Positions 38,432-48,844 are shown, counted from the first letter of the stretch. The stretch is 64,000 nt of DNA from Alphaproteobacteria bacterium (GCA_965227515.1 CBDDFZ010000001.1:928001-992000); one strand, 5' to 3'. A program made the numbers and translations. Notes: a model not told the origin generated them from the letters alone.

Positions 38432-38477
38432 CGTGACGGGGGTCACACGGGCGCGTGTAGCGGTGACGACCGTCACA
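38432..38477 (-). promoter_or_regulatory. Two CRP-like sites, 30 bp apart
   Basis: Minus strand TGTGA-CGGTCG-TCACC and TGTGA-CCCCCG-TCACG, each 9/10 to TGTGA-N6-TCACA. Confidence 0.55.
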
Positions 38478-38540
38478 ACATGGCTGCGAGAACTGGCTCG
38501 CGAGCGTACGGTCTGCGCCCGATGCCCTAATCCCGATGCC

Positions 38541-39293
38541 CTAATACAGATGCTGGCCGCCGGTGACGAACACCTCGGTGCCGGTGACATAGCCGAAGTC
38601 GGGCGTGCAGAGCTGGAACACGGTCGCCGCCACCTCCTCCGGCGTGCCCATGCGGCGCAGCGGGATGGTCGGGATCAGCGACTCATACTCCGGGCCGATC
38701 ATCTCGGTCGCGATCTCGCCCGGCGCCACCGCATTCACCCGCACGCCAAGCTCGGCGAACTCCACCGCCATCTCGCGGGTCAGCGCCGACAGTGCCGCCT
38801 TCGACGTGCTGTAGGCCGAGCCGGCGAACGGGTGGATCGAGTGGCCGGCGATGGAGGTGATGTTGACGATGGCGCTGCTGGCGCCCTTCGCCCCCTTGGC
38901 CAGCGCCGCGCCGAAGCCGCGCGCGAGTTGCAGCGGGGTGAAGAAGTTGAGCTCGAACACCTGCCGCCACGCCGCGACATCGCCGTTCAGGCAGCCCAGC
39001 CGCTCCTTGAACGGGGTCTTCGGCGAAACGGCGGCGTTGTTGACCAGCCCCTGCAGCGGCCGGCCGTCCAGCTTCTCCAGCGCCCATTCGATGAAGGCGG
39101 CCACGTCCTCGGCATCGAACAGGTCGGTCGCCCGGTGGTCGGTCCAGTTGGGATCGCGCAGGCAGTGCTCGGGCACGTCCTCGCGCGAGCAGGTCAGGAT
39201 GCGCCAGCCCTCGTCCGAGAACCGCTTGACGGTCGCATGCCCGATGCCCCGGCTGGCGCCGGTCAGGATCATCGTATTGCGATCTTCGTCCAT
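38541..39293 (-). CDS. SDR family oxidoreductase
   Basis: TGASRGIG, NNAAVSPK, HPFAGSAYSTSK, PGEI.T. Confidence 0.93.
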   Translation of the reverse strand: MDEDRNTMILTGASRGIGHATVKRFSDEGWRILTCSREDVPEHCLRDPNWTDHRATDLFDAEDVAAFIEWALEKLDGRPLQGLVNNAAVSPKTPFKERLGCLNGDVAAWRQVFELNFFTPLQLARGFGAALAKGAKGASSAIVNITSIAGHSIHPFAGSAYSTSKAALSALTREMAVEFAELGVRVNAVAPGEIATEMIGPEYESLIPTIPLRRMGTPEEVAATVFQLCTPDFGYVTGTEVFVTGGQHLY

Positions 39294-39346
39294 GGTGTGC
39301 CGTGCTCCCCGGCGTGTGGGTTTTACCGAGGCGAATGCCCCGAGAC

Positions 39347-40909
39347 CTATGTGCTGCCCGCGCGCGCTTTGTCCAGTTCGATCTTCAAATCGTCATGCAG
39401 GGCCTGCAATGGTCGCGCCGCGTCCATCGTCAGCCAGGTCATCTCGCCGGGGTCGTTGCGCAACTGGCGGCGGACCACGGCGGCGTCGGCGTCCGATGCA
39501 TCGGGATTGGCGGTGTCGCCGGCGCGCGCGGTCACCCGGGCGACCAGCACGTCCTCGTCGGCGTCCAGCCAGACGCCCAGGAACGGCACGTCGAGGTCGC
39601 GGGCCACGGTCTCCGCCCGCTCCCGGCCGTCCAGGCGGTCGAAGGTGGCATCCAGCACCACAGAGCGGCCCTGGGCCAACACATTGGCGGCGGTGTCGTA
39701 GAGCAGGCCATAGACCCGCGCGCTGACGTCGGACGCATACGCCTCGTCGGGCGCGGGCTCCTCCGGCGCCAGGCCCAGCAGGCGCTTGCGCTCCACGTCG
39801 CTGCGCACGACCACCGCACCCGGCGAGCGGCCGATATCCGGAGCGGCCACGCTGGCCAGCGAGGACTTGCCGCTGCCGGAGCGCCCGCCGATGGCGACCA
39901 GCATCGGTGGGTCCGGCGCCAGATAGTCGATGGCGATGTCGAGATAGGCGTTCACGGTGGCGCGGGCGTGGTCCATGTCGGTGTCGCCGCCGACGCGGGC
40001 GTTGAGTGCGGAGACCTTGGCCCGCACCGCGGCGCGGCAGGACAGGAACAACGGCAGCGCCGCCAGCCCGCCGCGCTCGTCGACCCGGTCGAGATAGCGG
40101 TTCAGCACGGCGTTGGCCTGGGCATCCATGTCGCGGTGGTGCAGGTCCATCAACAGGAAGGCCAGGTCGTACAGCACGTCGGTGCAGGCGATGTCCTCGC
40201 TGAACTCGATGCAGTCGAACAGGGTCGGCTGACCATCGACCACCACCACGTTGCGCAGGTGCAGGTCGCCATGGCAGTAGCGCACCCGGCCGGCGGCGCG
40301 GCGGGCGTCGAGCAGCCCCGCCACCCGCGCCAGATGCTCGTGCGACGCCTTGGCCAGCGCCTCCACCTTGCCGCTGTCGCACAGGTCGGCCATCTCGCGG
40401 AACTCGTCGATATTGTCGTCGACGATCCAGCGCATGGCGTCGGCGCCGCCCTTGTCGGTGCGGACCTCGGCCGCGCCATGGAACGCGGCGATGGCGTCGG
40501 CAAGGTGGCGCACCAGGGCCGGCGACAGGTCGCCGCGCGCCGCCATCCGGTCGAGCAGGCAGTCCTGGTCGAACCGCGCCATCTCCACCAGCCAGTCGAC
40601 CGGCGCGCCTGCGCCATCCACGGCAAGGCCGCCGTCCGCCGCGCGGGTCACCGGCATCGCACGGCGGTAGATATCCGGCGCGGTCCGGCTGTTCAGCCGC
40701 ACCTCCGCCTCGCAGGCGATCCGGCGCAGGTCGGCCGTGCTCAGGTCCATGAACGGGAACTTGACCGCCCGCTTCAGTTTCCAGGCGTGGTCGCCGGCCA
40801 GCACGACGATGGCGCCGTGGGTGTCGATCCGTTCCACCTCGGCGCCGCCATGGCTCGCCGGGTCGGTGATCAGCCGGATGACGTCATCCTGGTCGGCGTT
40901 GCCGGTCAT
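39347..40909 (-). CDS. Bifunctional APH-like kinase / P-loop (AAA_33) protein
   Basis: THGA.V.L, K.K..V..PFMD.ST, CHGDLHLRN, FDCIEF, D..YDLAFLLMDL; GGRSGSGKSS, RSDVERK, SDAD. Confidence 0.9.
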   Translation of the reverse strand: MTGNADQDDVIRLITDPASHGGAEVERIDTHGAIVVLAGDHAWKLKRAVKFPFMDLSTADLRRIACEAEVRLNSRTAPDIYRRAMPVTRAADGGLAVDGAGAPVDWLVEMARFDQDCLLDRMAARGDLSPALVRHLADAIAAFHGAAEVRTDKGGADAMRWIVDDNIDEFREMADLCDSGKVEALAKASHEHLARVAGLLDARRAAGRVRYCHGDLHLRNVVVVDGQPTLFDCIEFSEDIACTDVLYDLAFLLMDLHHRDMDAQANAVLNRYLDRVDERGGLAALPLFLSCRAAVRAKVSALNARVGGDTDMDHARATVNAYLDIAIDYLAPDPPMLVAIGGRSGSGKSSLASVAAPDIGRSPGAVVVRSDVERKRLLGLAPEEPAPDEAYASDVSARVYGLLYDTAANVLAQGRSVVLDATFDRLDGRERAETVARDLDVPFLGVWLDADEDVLVARVTARAGDTANPDASDADAAVVRRQLRNDPGEMTWLTMDAARPLQALHDDLKIELDKARAGST

Positions 40910-40931
40910 GCGCGGTGCTCTTGGGCGAAAT

Positions 40932-41576
40932 TCAGGGGTAGAGGCTCTCGGTCGTCCAGCCTTCCCCATCGGCGCCGTTATCGCCACCGGCCCGGCGGTG
41001 GAAGACGATGCGCTCATGCAGCCGGAAGGGGCGCTGCCGCCAGAACTCGATCCGCTGCGGATCGACCCGGAAGCCGGACCAATAGGGCGGCCTGGGAATG
41101 TCGCCGATGGCATAGCGCGCGGCGTACTTGGCGACCGCCCGCTCCAGCTCCCAGCGGCCCTCCAGCGGGCGCGACTGCTGCGAGGCCCAGGCGCCGATGC
41201 GGCTGTCGCGGGGCCGGCTGGCGAAATAGGCGTCGGCCTCGGCGTCGTCCACCGGCCGGGCCGCGCCCTCGATGCGCACCGCGCGGTCCAGCGACTTCCA
41301 ATGGAAGCACAGGGCGCAATGGGCGTTCGCCAGCAGCTGCGCGCCCTTGCGGCTTTCGAAGTTGGTGTAGAACACGAAGCCGGCGGTGTCGTGGCCCTTC
41401 AGCAGCACCATGCGCGCTGACGGACGCCCCTGCGGGTCCACCGTCGCCAGGCACATGGCGTTGGCGTCCTTCGGCTCCGATTTCCACGCCTCCGCCAGCC
41501 ACTCTGTGAATTGGTCGAACGGCTCACTATATGGAACTTCAGGGGCGTTGATGGTGTTGTCCGTTGTGTTGCGCAT
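40932..41576 (-). CDS. pdxH: Pyridoxine/pyridoxamine 5'-phosphate oxidase
   Basis: [35 protein letters not shown]....RLH.R, LYP. Confidence 0.96.
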   Translation of the reverse strand: MRNTTDNTINAPEVPYSEPFDQFTEWLAEAWKSEPKDANAMCLATVDPQGRPSARMVLLKGHDTAGFVFYTNFESRKGAQLLANAHCALCFHWKSLDRAVRIEGAARPVDDAEADAYFASRPRDSRIGAWASQQSRPLEGRWELERAVAKYAARYAIGDIPRPPYWSGFRVDPQRIEFWRQRPFRLHERIVFHRRAGGDNGADGEGWTTESLYP

Positions 41577-41790
41577 GGCAATACGGTCTCCAGCCGCAAT
41601 CAGTCGGCTTTCGCCAAGGCTTCGGTTGAGGGGAAAACCGATCGGTCGCAGCTATAGCACGACGGGCGCGGCGGATGGGTCTGTTTATCGGGTCCGAAAG
41701 CCGCACGGCACCAGGCAACGTAGGGATTGCCGCATCGCAAGAATACCCATCAACCGCCCAGACAAGGGCTAGCCAGAGAGGCTCAAGAAA

Positions 41791-42276
41791 ATGACGAAAC
41801 TGAAGGTTTTGGTCGCGTCCGTTGCGATGGCATCGACGGTGGCAGCGTGCAGCAGCGGCAGCAGCGGCAGCAGCGGACCTCCGGGCGCGGTCGTCGGCGC
41901 AGGCGCCGGCGCGATCGCGGGCGGCGCCATCGGCTCACAGTTCGGCAGCGGCAGCGGCAACATCGCCGCGATCGCCGGCGGCGCGTTGCTCGGCGCCGTG
42001 CTCGGCGGCGCCCTCGGTGCGGCGGTTGAGGCGAATGACGAGGCCGAGGCCAGTGCGGCGGCGCAAACGGCGCTCGCGAACGGCGACGGCCAGCCGGTGC
42101 AGTGGAACAACCCGCAGACCGGCAACTACGGCTCGTTCACTGCGACGCCGGCCCCCTCCTATGGCGCGGGCTGCCAGAAGGCGGAGAGCATCGTCTACGT
42201 CAATGGCCAGCAGCAGGTGAACGAAACCTACGTCAGGTACAATGCACAGACCCAGCGCTACGAGCCCTGTGCCTGA
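41791..42276 (+). CDS. Glycine-zipper / 17-kDa surface antigen (RT0821-like) lipoprotein 1
   Basis: Lipobox VAAC, glycine zipper, W.NP.TGNYG, CQ. Confidence 0.88.
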   Translation: MTKLKVLVASVAMASTVAACSSGSSGSSGPPGAVVGAGAGAIAGGAIGSQFGSGSGNIAAIAGGALLGAVLGGALGAAVEANDEAEASAAAQTALANGDGQPVQWNNPQTGNYGSFTATPAPSYGAGCQKAESIVYVNGQQQVNETYVRYNAQTQRYEPCA

Positions 42277-42311
42277 CGCCATTCGTCACCAAGCCAGTAT
42301 ATGACGGCTTG

Positions 42312-42350
42312 AGCGCCGGTCACGCAGCCCGTGGCCGGCGCTTTTCATTT
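42312..42350 (+). terminator. Rho-independent terminator
   Basis: AGCGCCGGTCACG..CGTGGCCGGCGCT followed by TTTCATTT. Confidence 0.7.
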
Positions 42351-42509
42351 GGGCTATGCGGCATCGCCGCACACGGGTCACTGGCAAGGCACACGCGCGG
42401 CACCGCTTCATATTTCGGCCATAAAGCAATGGGATATGGGATTGCATCATCGCTAGTGTGCTGTCAGTCTCCGACCATCCTCAAAAACAAACGCAACGAG
42501 GCCACGAAC

Positions 42510-42971
42510 ATGAAGGGTATCAAGATCATCGCAGCGACCGTCGCGATTGCCGCGACGACCGCGGCTTGCCAGGGTCCGTCGAACACGCAAATCGGCGCCG
42601 GCGCGGGCGCGCTGGCCGGTGGCCTGCTCGGCTCGCAGTTCGGCAGCGGCACCGGCCAGATCGCAGCGACGCTGGGCGGCGCGCTTCTGGGCGGCCTGTT
42701 CGGCGGCGCGGTCGGCTCGTACATGGACGAGCAGGACCAGCAGCAGGCCAGCCAGGCGACCTACTCCGCGTTGGCGCAGCCGACCGGCCAGCCGGTGAGT
42801 TGGAGCAACCCGCAGACCGGCAACTACGGTCAGGTGACGGCGACCCCGGCACCGCAGTATGGCGCGAACTGCCAGAAGGCAGAGAGCATCATGTATGTCG
42901 ACGGCCGCCAGGAAGTGGTCGAGATGTACGTGTATTACAATCCGCAGACCCAGCGCTACGAAGAGTGCTGA
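42510..42971 (+). CDS. Glycine-zipper / 17-kDa surface antigen lipoprotein 2 (paralog of 1)
   Basis: Lipobox TAAC, GSQFGSG.G, MDEQD, WSNPQTGNYG, CQKAESI; clearly homologous to 41791..42276. Confidence 0.9.
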   Translation: MKGIKIIAATVAIAATTAACQGPSNTQIGAGAGALAGGLLGSQFGSGTGQIAATLGGALLGGLFGGAVGSYMDEQDQQQASQATYSALAQPTGQPVSWSNPQTGNYGQVTATPAPQYGANCQKAESIMYVDGRQEVVEMYVYYNPQTQRYEEC

Positions 42972-43266
42972 TCGGCGGTTGACCTGGGACTGGGCCGGTC
43001 CGGAGGGCGGTCGGACTGCACGCGATGCAGTGGCCCGCGGTTGATGGATGGGCATGCGACCGGCCAGTCGTTGCATAGCGCGCTGAATTCCAGGCGCGGG
43101 AAATGACGTGACGGCGCTTCTCGGTTTCCAAATGCGGCGCGCCGCAGAGGAAGACTGGGGAGCGCCGTTCGCGTATGCGCGGCAGTAAGCTGCGGTCGAT
43201 AGCAGGGCGGTCGATGCGCCGTTTCGAGAAATGTGCCGGCAAAGACGGCGTCTAGGAGGGAATGCA

Positions 43267-43848
43267 ATGTTCGAAGGGTTCCGGATAAAGCTTGCCGCCG
43301 TGAGTCTCGGCGCCTTGGTCGTGGGTGGCGTTGCCGGCTGTGCGGCGCCGCCGCCTGACGAACTGGGCGAGGAAGGCTCGGGCGGCATCGCCCAGGGCGC
43401 GGCCGGTGGTGGCGGTGGCGGTTCGGCCGCCGACGTGCTGGCGGACGCTGGACCCGACGGCACGTCAACTCCGGTCGATCCCGATGCCGATGCGACCGCG
43501 GACGCCGATGCCAATGGCGACCAGCAGGTCGCCAGTGCCGGCAACCTGACGGGCAGCGTGCTCGATTCAGGCCGCGGCGCGGAATTCGGCAGCGCGCTGT
43601 CGGCGGAGGACATCGGCTACTTCCAGCAGGCAGAGATATCGGCGCGGACCGCGTTCGTCAGCGACACCATCACCTGGCGGAACCCCAGCAATGGGCACGC
43701 CGGCACCATCACCGTGCTCGGTGAGCGGCAGGTCAGCGGCCAGAGCTGTCGCGACCTGTTGATGACCGCAACCGTGGATGGCCGCCAGAACACCGAGACG
43801 GCGACCATCTGCCGTGTCGCCGCCGGCCAGTGGACCGTGCCGGCCTAA
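43267..43848 (+). CDS. RT0821-like surface lipoprotein 3 (no glycine zipper)
   Basis: Lipobox VAGC, GGAGG RBS, C-terminal WRNP.NGH.G....CR......ICR...GQW. Confidence 0.8.
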   Translation: MFEGFRIKLAAVSLGALVVGGVAGCAAPPPDELGEEGSGGIAQGAAGGGGGGSAADVLADAGPDGTSTPVDPDADATADADANGDQQVASAGNLTGSVLDSGRGAEFGSALSAEDIGYFQQAEISARTAFVSDTITWRNPSNGHAGTITVLGERQVSGQSCRDLLMTATVDGRQNTETATICRVAAGQWTVPA

Positions 43849-43883
43849 GCGGCGTCGTCACAAGATTGTCCTCTACTGTTGCC

Positions 43884-44072
43884 TCGTCGCCCTCGCCCTT
43901 GTGGCGAGGGCCCATTTCTGGGGCCGTACGCGACAGTGGCTGGAAGAGTGAGCAGACTGGCCAACCTCACCCGCCCGCCCACCATTTCAGGCGTCGATTC
44001 ACCTCGAACTATTGAGATTTTGGACAAGAATGGGTCCTCGCCACGCCGCTTCGCGTCGGGCAAGGACGACGA
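43884..44072. repeat. Palindromic element type C with ~110-bp internal segment
   Basis: TCGTCGCCCTCGCCCTTGTGGCGAGGGCCCATT...AATGGGTCCTCGCCAC..GGGCAAGGACGACGA. Confidence 0.75.
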
Positions 44073-44087
44073 ACATGGAGGCAGCTA

Positions 44088-45023
44088 CTAAGCCTGCCCT
44101 TCCAGCCCCATCAGGCCACGGGCGAAATCGTCGGCGGTGAAGGGACGCAGGTCCTCCGCCGTTTCGCCGACGCCGACTGCGTGCACCGGCAGGCCAAAGC
44201 GGTCGGCCAGCCCCACCACAACGCCGCCCTTGGCGGTGCCGTCCAGCTTGGTCATCACCAGGCCGGTGATCGACACCATCTGCTGGAAGATCTCCACCTG
44301 CTGGTGCGCGTTCTGGCCGACGGTGGCATCGAGCACCAGCACGGTGTCGTGCGGCGCTGACGGGTCCTGCTTGCCGATCACCCGCACCACCTTGGCCAGC
44401 TCGTCCATCAGGTTCTGCTTGTTGTGCAGGCGGCCGGCGGTGTCGACCAGCAGCACGTCGCTGCCGGCCTCGCGCGCCTGGGTCAGGGCATCGAAGACCA
44501 GGCCGGCGGCATCGGCGCCGGTGGCGCGGGAGACGACGGGCGCGCCGACCCGCTCACCCCACACCTGAAGCTGCTCCACCGCCGCGGCGCGGAAAGTGTC
44601 GCCGGCGGCCAGCATCACCGACAGCCCCTGATCGCGGAACTGGCGGGCGAGCTTGCCGATGGTGGTGGTCTTGCCGCTGCCGTTGACGCCGACGATCAGC
44701 ACCACGTGGGGCCGGTGGCCGCGATCGATGGCCAAGGGCTGCGCCACCGGGGCCAGGATCGCGGCGGCCTCGTCGGCCAGCGACTGGCGGATCTCCTCCG
44801 GCGGCACTTCCTTGCCGAACTTGGTCTCGGCGAGCTTGGCGGTCAGCTTCATCGCCGTTGCCGGCCCCAGGTCGGCGGTGATCAGCAGCTCCTCCAGCTC
44901 CTGGAGGGTGTCGTCATCCAGCTTGCGCTTGGTGAAGATGGCGCTGACGCCATCGCTCAGCCGCGACGATGTGCGGCTGAGGCCTGCCTTCAGCCGTGAG
45001 AACCAGCCTTTCTTTTCACTCAT
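44088..45023 (-). CDS. ftsY: Signal recognition particle receptor
   Basis: GVNGSGKTTTIGKLA, DTFRAAA, DTAGRL, TKLDGTAKGG. Confidence 0.97.
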   Translation of the reverse strand: MSEKKGWFSRLKAGLSRTSSRLSDGVSAIFTKRKLDDDTLQELEELLITADLGPATAMKLTAKLAETKFGKEVPPEEIRQSLADEAAAILAPVAQPLAIDRGHRPHVVLIVGVNGSGKTTTIGKLARQFRDQGLSVMLAAGDTFRAAAVEQLQVWGERVGAPVVSRATGADAAGLVFDALTQAREAGSDVLLVDTAGRLHNKQNLMDELAKVVRVIGKQDPSAPHDTVLVLDATVGQNAHQQVEIFQQMVSITGLVMTKLDGTAKGGVVVGLADRFGLPVHAVGVGETAEDLRPFTADDFARGLMGLEGQA

Positions 45024-46297
45024 GCTGCTACCGGCATCGATGCGGCGCGCAGCCGGTCGCCCAGGCTTTCCGAGACGTGGACGTTGGCGATGCTGCCGAC
45101 GGCCAAATCGGCTGGCATGTCGACCGGCGCATAGTGCTCGGTGCGGCCGATGCCCGGCTGCTCGACCAACACCGGCAACGACCGCCCGACCATCGCAGCG
45201 CAATGCCGCGCCACGGCAGCGGCGCCGGCCTCGCGCAGGCGGGCGGCGCGTTCCTTGCGACGTGCGGCCGGTACCTGCGGCATACGTGCCGCCGGGGTGC
45301 CGCTGCGCGCGGAGTACGGGAACACGTGCAGCCAGGTGAGGCCGCTGTCTGCGACCAATGCCAGTGTGTTAGCGAACATCGCCTCGGTCTCGGTTGGGAA
45401 ACCGGCGATCAGGTCGGCGCCGAAGGTGACGTCCGGTCGCAGCGCGCGGGCGCGGGCGGTGAGCGCCACCATGTCGGCGCGGTCGTGGCGCCGCTTCATC
45501 CGCTTCAGCACCATATCGTCGCCGGCTTGCGCGCTGAGATGCAGGTGCGGCATCAACCGCGGCTCCTCGGCAATGGCGCGCCACAGATCGTCGTCGAAGG
45601 CCGCCGGGTCCAGCGACGACAGCCTGAGCCGGGGCAGGTCGGGCACCAGCCGCAGCAGCCGGCGCACGAGCTGGCCGAGACGCGGCGCGCCCGGCAGGTC
45701 GGCGCCGTAGCTGGCGATATCGACCCCGGTCAGCACCACTTCGCGATAGCCGTTCTCGACCAGCCTTTGCACCTGCTCCACGACGGCGCCGACCGGCACC
45801 GAGCGGTTGTTGCCGCGCCCATAGGGGATGATGCAGAAGGTGCAGCGGTGGTCGCAGCCGTTCTGTACCTGGACATAGGCGCGGGTGCGGCCGTCGAACC
45901 CGTCGACCAGATGATGCGCGGTCTCGCGCACGGTCATGATATCCTCGACGACGATCTCGGACCCGGACCGGATGCTGGCCCACGTCTCCGGCACCAGCTT
46001 CTGCCGGTTGCCGACGACACGGTCGACCTCCGGCATCGCGGCATAGCTGTCCGGCGCGATCTGCGCGGCGCAGCCGGTCACCACGATGCGCGCGGCGGGA
46101 CGGTCGCGCCGGGCGCGGCGGATCGCCTGGCGCGCTTGCCGCTCGGCCTCCGCCGTGACTGCGCAGGTGTTGACGATGATCAGGTCGTCGCCACCACCGG
46201 CCTCGGTGGCATGGCGGCGCATCACCTCGGACTCATAGGCGTTCAGGCGGCAGCCGAAGGTCAGCACCTCCGGCGCATTGTCGCGACTGCTACTCAT
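45020..46297 (-). CDS. mtaB: tRNA t6A37 methylthiotransferase
   Basis: TFGCRLN.YES, NTCAVT, GCAAQ, CDHRCTFC radical-SAM motif; lies between dapF and ftsY. Confidence 0.93.
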   Translation of the reverse strand: MSSSRDNAPEVLTFGCRLNAYESEVMRRHATEAGGGDDLIIVNTCAVTAEAERQARQAIRRARRDRPAARIVVTGCAAQIAPDSYAAMPEVDRVVGNRQKLVPETWASIRSGSEIVVEDIMTVRETAHHLVDGFDGRTRAYVQVQNGCDHRCTFCIIPYGRGNNRSVPVGAVVEQVQRLVENGYREVVLTGVDIASYGADLPGAPRLGQLVRRLLRLVPDLPRLRLSSLDPAAFDDDLWRAIAEEPRLMPHLHLSAQAGDDMVLKRMKRRHDRADMVALTARARALRPDVTFGADLIAGFPTETEAMFANTLALVADSGLTWLHVFPYSARSGTPAARMPQVPAARRKERAARLREAGAAAVARHCAAMVGRSLPVLVEQPGIGRTEHYAPVDMPADLAVGSIANVHVSESLGDRLRAASMPVAA

Positions 46298-47124
46298 GCG
46301 AACGACCATTCGCCGGAGAAAGCGTGAGCAACCGGGCCGGTCAGCGTGACATGGCCGTTGTCCAGCCATTCGATCTCCAGGTCGCCGCCATCCAGGGTGA
46401 CGGTCCCACGGCGGCCGGTCAGGCCGCGCCGGTGGGCGGCGACCAGGCTGGCGCAGGCCCCGGTGCCGCACGCGCGGGTCACGCCGACCCCACGCTCCCA
46501 CACCCGCATGCGCAAGCGGTCGGCGCCGGTCCGCGAGATCACCTCGACATTGGTGTGCTCGGGAAACATCGGATGCAGCTCGATCTCCGGGCCCAGCACG
46601 TCGATGGGCACCGCCTCGGCATCCTCGACCACGAACACGCAGTGCGGGTTGCCGATGGAGACCGCGACCGGGTCGTTCAGCCGGCCGGCGACGACATCGG
46701 GCACATGCAGGGTATCGGCCTGGCGCGCCAGCGGCACCTGTTGCCAGTCCAGCCCGACGGCGCCCATGTCGACGGTGACGCGATGGTCGCCCACAACGTC
46801 GGCCAGCAGTAGGCCGGCATTGGTCTCGATCCTGAGCCCTTGCGCGCCGGCGCCGGTCTCCGCCAGCCACCAGGCTATGCAGCGGGTGCCGTTGCCGCAG
46901 GCCGAGACCTCCTGCCCGTCGGCATTGCGGATGCGCATGAACGCGGTGGTGTCGGGCCGTTGCGGCGGCTCTATGGTGATCAGCTGGTCGCAGCCGATGC
47001 CGGTGCGCCGGTCGGCGATGGCGCGCGCCATCGCGGCGTCGATCGACACCGGGTGCGCGCGCGCATCGAAAACGACGAAGTCGTTCCCCAGGCCGTGCAT
47101 CTTCTGAAAGGGCGTACCAGTCAT
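46294..47124 (-). CDS. dapF: Diaminopimelate epimerase
   Basis: KMHGLGNDF, GIGCDQ, CGNG.RC, GNPHC, WERGVG.T.ACGTGAC. Confidence 0.97.
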   Translation of the reverse strand: MTGTPFQKMHGLGNDFVVFDARAHPVSIDAAMARAIADRRTGIGCDQLITIEPPQRPDTTAFMRIRNADGQEVSACGNGTRCIAWWLAETGAGAQGLRIETNAGLLLADVVGDHRVTVDMGAVGLDWQQVPLARQADTLHVPDVVAGRLNDPVAVSIGNPHCVFVVEDAEAVPIDVLGPEIELHPMFPEHTNVEVISRTGADRLRMRVWERGVGVTRACGTGACASLVAAHRRGLTGRRGTVTLDGGDLEIEWLDNGHVTLTGPVAHAFSGEWSFA

Positions 47125-47289
47125 GACGGCCCCTTATATTGGCCCGTTCGCGGCGATGTCCACATCGCCCATGCGCGCAGTGGGCGCGCACAAGCCAGCC
47201 ATGCGTCAAACATTGATGCTCCCCGGCTCAGATGCGCTAAAACCCTCGCCACGTTTCGCACACCCGATACGGTCGAAAGGATAAACACA

Positions 47290-48786
47290 ATGGCACGACC
47301 GCGGATTGGCAGAATTCCCGCACGCGACCTGCTGCCGTTCACCGACGCCCGCGCCGCGGTGGACCGCATCCGCGAGATTTACGACGGCAGCATGCGCACC
47401 ATCCGCGACCGGTTCGCCCAGTTCGCCGCCGGCGACGATGTCGGCGGCCCGGTGCACGCGCACTACCCCTATGTGCTGATCCACGTCGATGCCGAGCCGC
47501 ATTCGCTGGACACCCGCATGGCCTATGGCTTCGCGCGCGGGCGCGGCAATTTCGGTACCTCGCTGACCAGGCCCGACCTGTTCGGCGACTACTACGTCGA
47601 GCAGATCGAGAACCTGCTCAGCCACCACGGCCCGCCGGTGCATGTCGGGGTGTCCGAGCGTCCGATCCCGCTGCATTTCACCTTCGACCTGTCGCTGGGC
47701 GAGGGCACCGACACCCTGACGCCGGAGCGCCTGCAGCGGATCAAGGACTTTTTCGACGTCCCCGACCTGACCCAGCTCAACGACGACATCGCCAATGGCG
47801 ACTTCCTGCCGCCGGTGGAAGAGCCGTGGCCGCTGGCGCTGTTCGAGGCCGAGCGGGTGGACCTGTCGCTGCAACGGCTGCGCCACTACACCGGCACCGA
47901 CCCGCAGCACTTCCAGCGCTTCGTGCTGTTCACCAACTACCAGTTCTACATCGACGAGTTCATCGGCATGAGCCATGCCCTGATGGCGAAGCCCATCGAG
48001 GGCGACCCGGCGGACGCCTATACCGAGTTCGTCGAGCCGGGCGAGGTCATCACCGTGCGCGGCAGCGGCCTGGATGGGCCGAAGCCGACCCGGCTGCCGC
48101 AGATGCCGGCCTATCATCTGAAGCGCGCGGACGGCGACGGCATCACCATGGTCAACATCGGCGTCGGGCCGTCGAACGCCAAGACCATCACCGACCACAT
48201 CGCGGTGCTGCGCCCGCACTGCTGGATGATGCTGGGCCACTGCGCCGGCCTGCGCTCCAGCCAGCGCCTGGGCGACTATGTGCTGGCCCACGGCTATCTG
48301 CGCGACGACAAGATCCTGGACGAGGAGTTGCCGGCCTGGGTGCCGGTGCCGCCGATCGCCGAGGTGCAGGTGGCGCTGCAGGACGCGGTGGCGGAGATCA
48401 CCGGCGCCTCGGGCTACGACGTCAAGCAGGTCATGCGCACCGGCACCGTTGCCAGTATCGACAACCGGAACTGGGAACTGCAGAACGCCAACAGCGCGCT
48501 GGGGCGGTTCCAGAAGTCGCGCGCCATCGCCGTCGACATGGAATCGGCCACCATCGCCGCCAATGGACTTCGCTTCCGCGTGCCCTACGGTACGCTGTTG
48601 TGCGTGTCGGACCGGCCGATCCACGGCGAGCTGAAGCTGCCCGGCATGGCCGACAGCTTCTACCGCAACCGGGTCAGCCAGCACCTGCGCATCGGCCTGA
48701 AGGCCATCGACATGCTGCGCACGCGCGGTGCGTCCAGGCTGCATTCGCGCAAGCTGCGCACCTTCGACGAACCGGCGTTCAGATAG
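47290..48786 (+). CDS. amn: AMP nucleosidase
   Basis: RL.HYTGT, LFTNYQFY, PQMPAYHL, NIGVGPSNAKTITDH, DMES, HGELKLPG, LHSRKLR.F.E. Confidence 0.96.
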   Translation: MARPRIGRIPARDLLPFTDARAAVDRIREIYDGSMRTIRDRFAQFAAGDDVGGPVHAHYPYVLIHVDAEPHSLDTRMAYGFARGRGNFGTSLTRPDLFGDYYVEQIENLLSHHGPPVHVGVSERPIPLHFTFDLSLGEGTDTLTPERLQRIKDFFDVPDLTQLNDDIANGDFLPPVEEPWPLALFEAERVDLSLQRLRHYTGTDPQHFQRFVLFTNYQFYIDEFIGMSHALMAKPIEGDPADAYTEFVEPGEVITVRGSGLDGPKPTRLPQMPAYHLKRADGDGITMVNIGVGPSNAKTITDHIAVLRPHCWMMLGHCAGLRSSQRLGDYVLAHGYLRDDKILDEELPAWVPVPPIAEVQVALQDAVAEITGASGYDVKQVMRTGTVASIDNRNWELQNANSALGRFQKSRAIAVDMESATIAANGLRFRVPYGTLLCVSDRPIHGELKLPGMADSFYRNRVSQHLRIGLKAIDMLRTRGASRLHSRKLRTFDEPAFR

Positions 48787-48844
48787 AACCCAGGCAAGGC
48801 AACCGGCATCTTGCGGCCGGTCCAGACTCAGCAACGGGGGAAAC

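Noticed and set aside
45020-47209. 729-aa ORF suggesting a dapF-mtaB fusion
   Set aside because: The extension is an alternative frame over dapF; mtaB starts at 46297 through an ATGA overlap.
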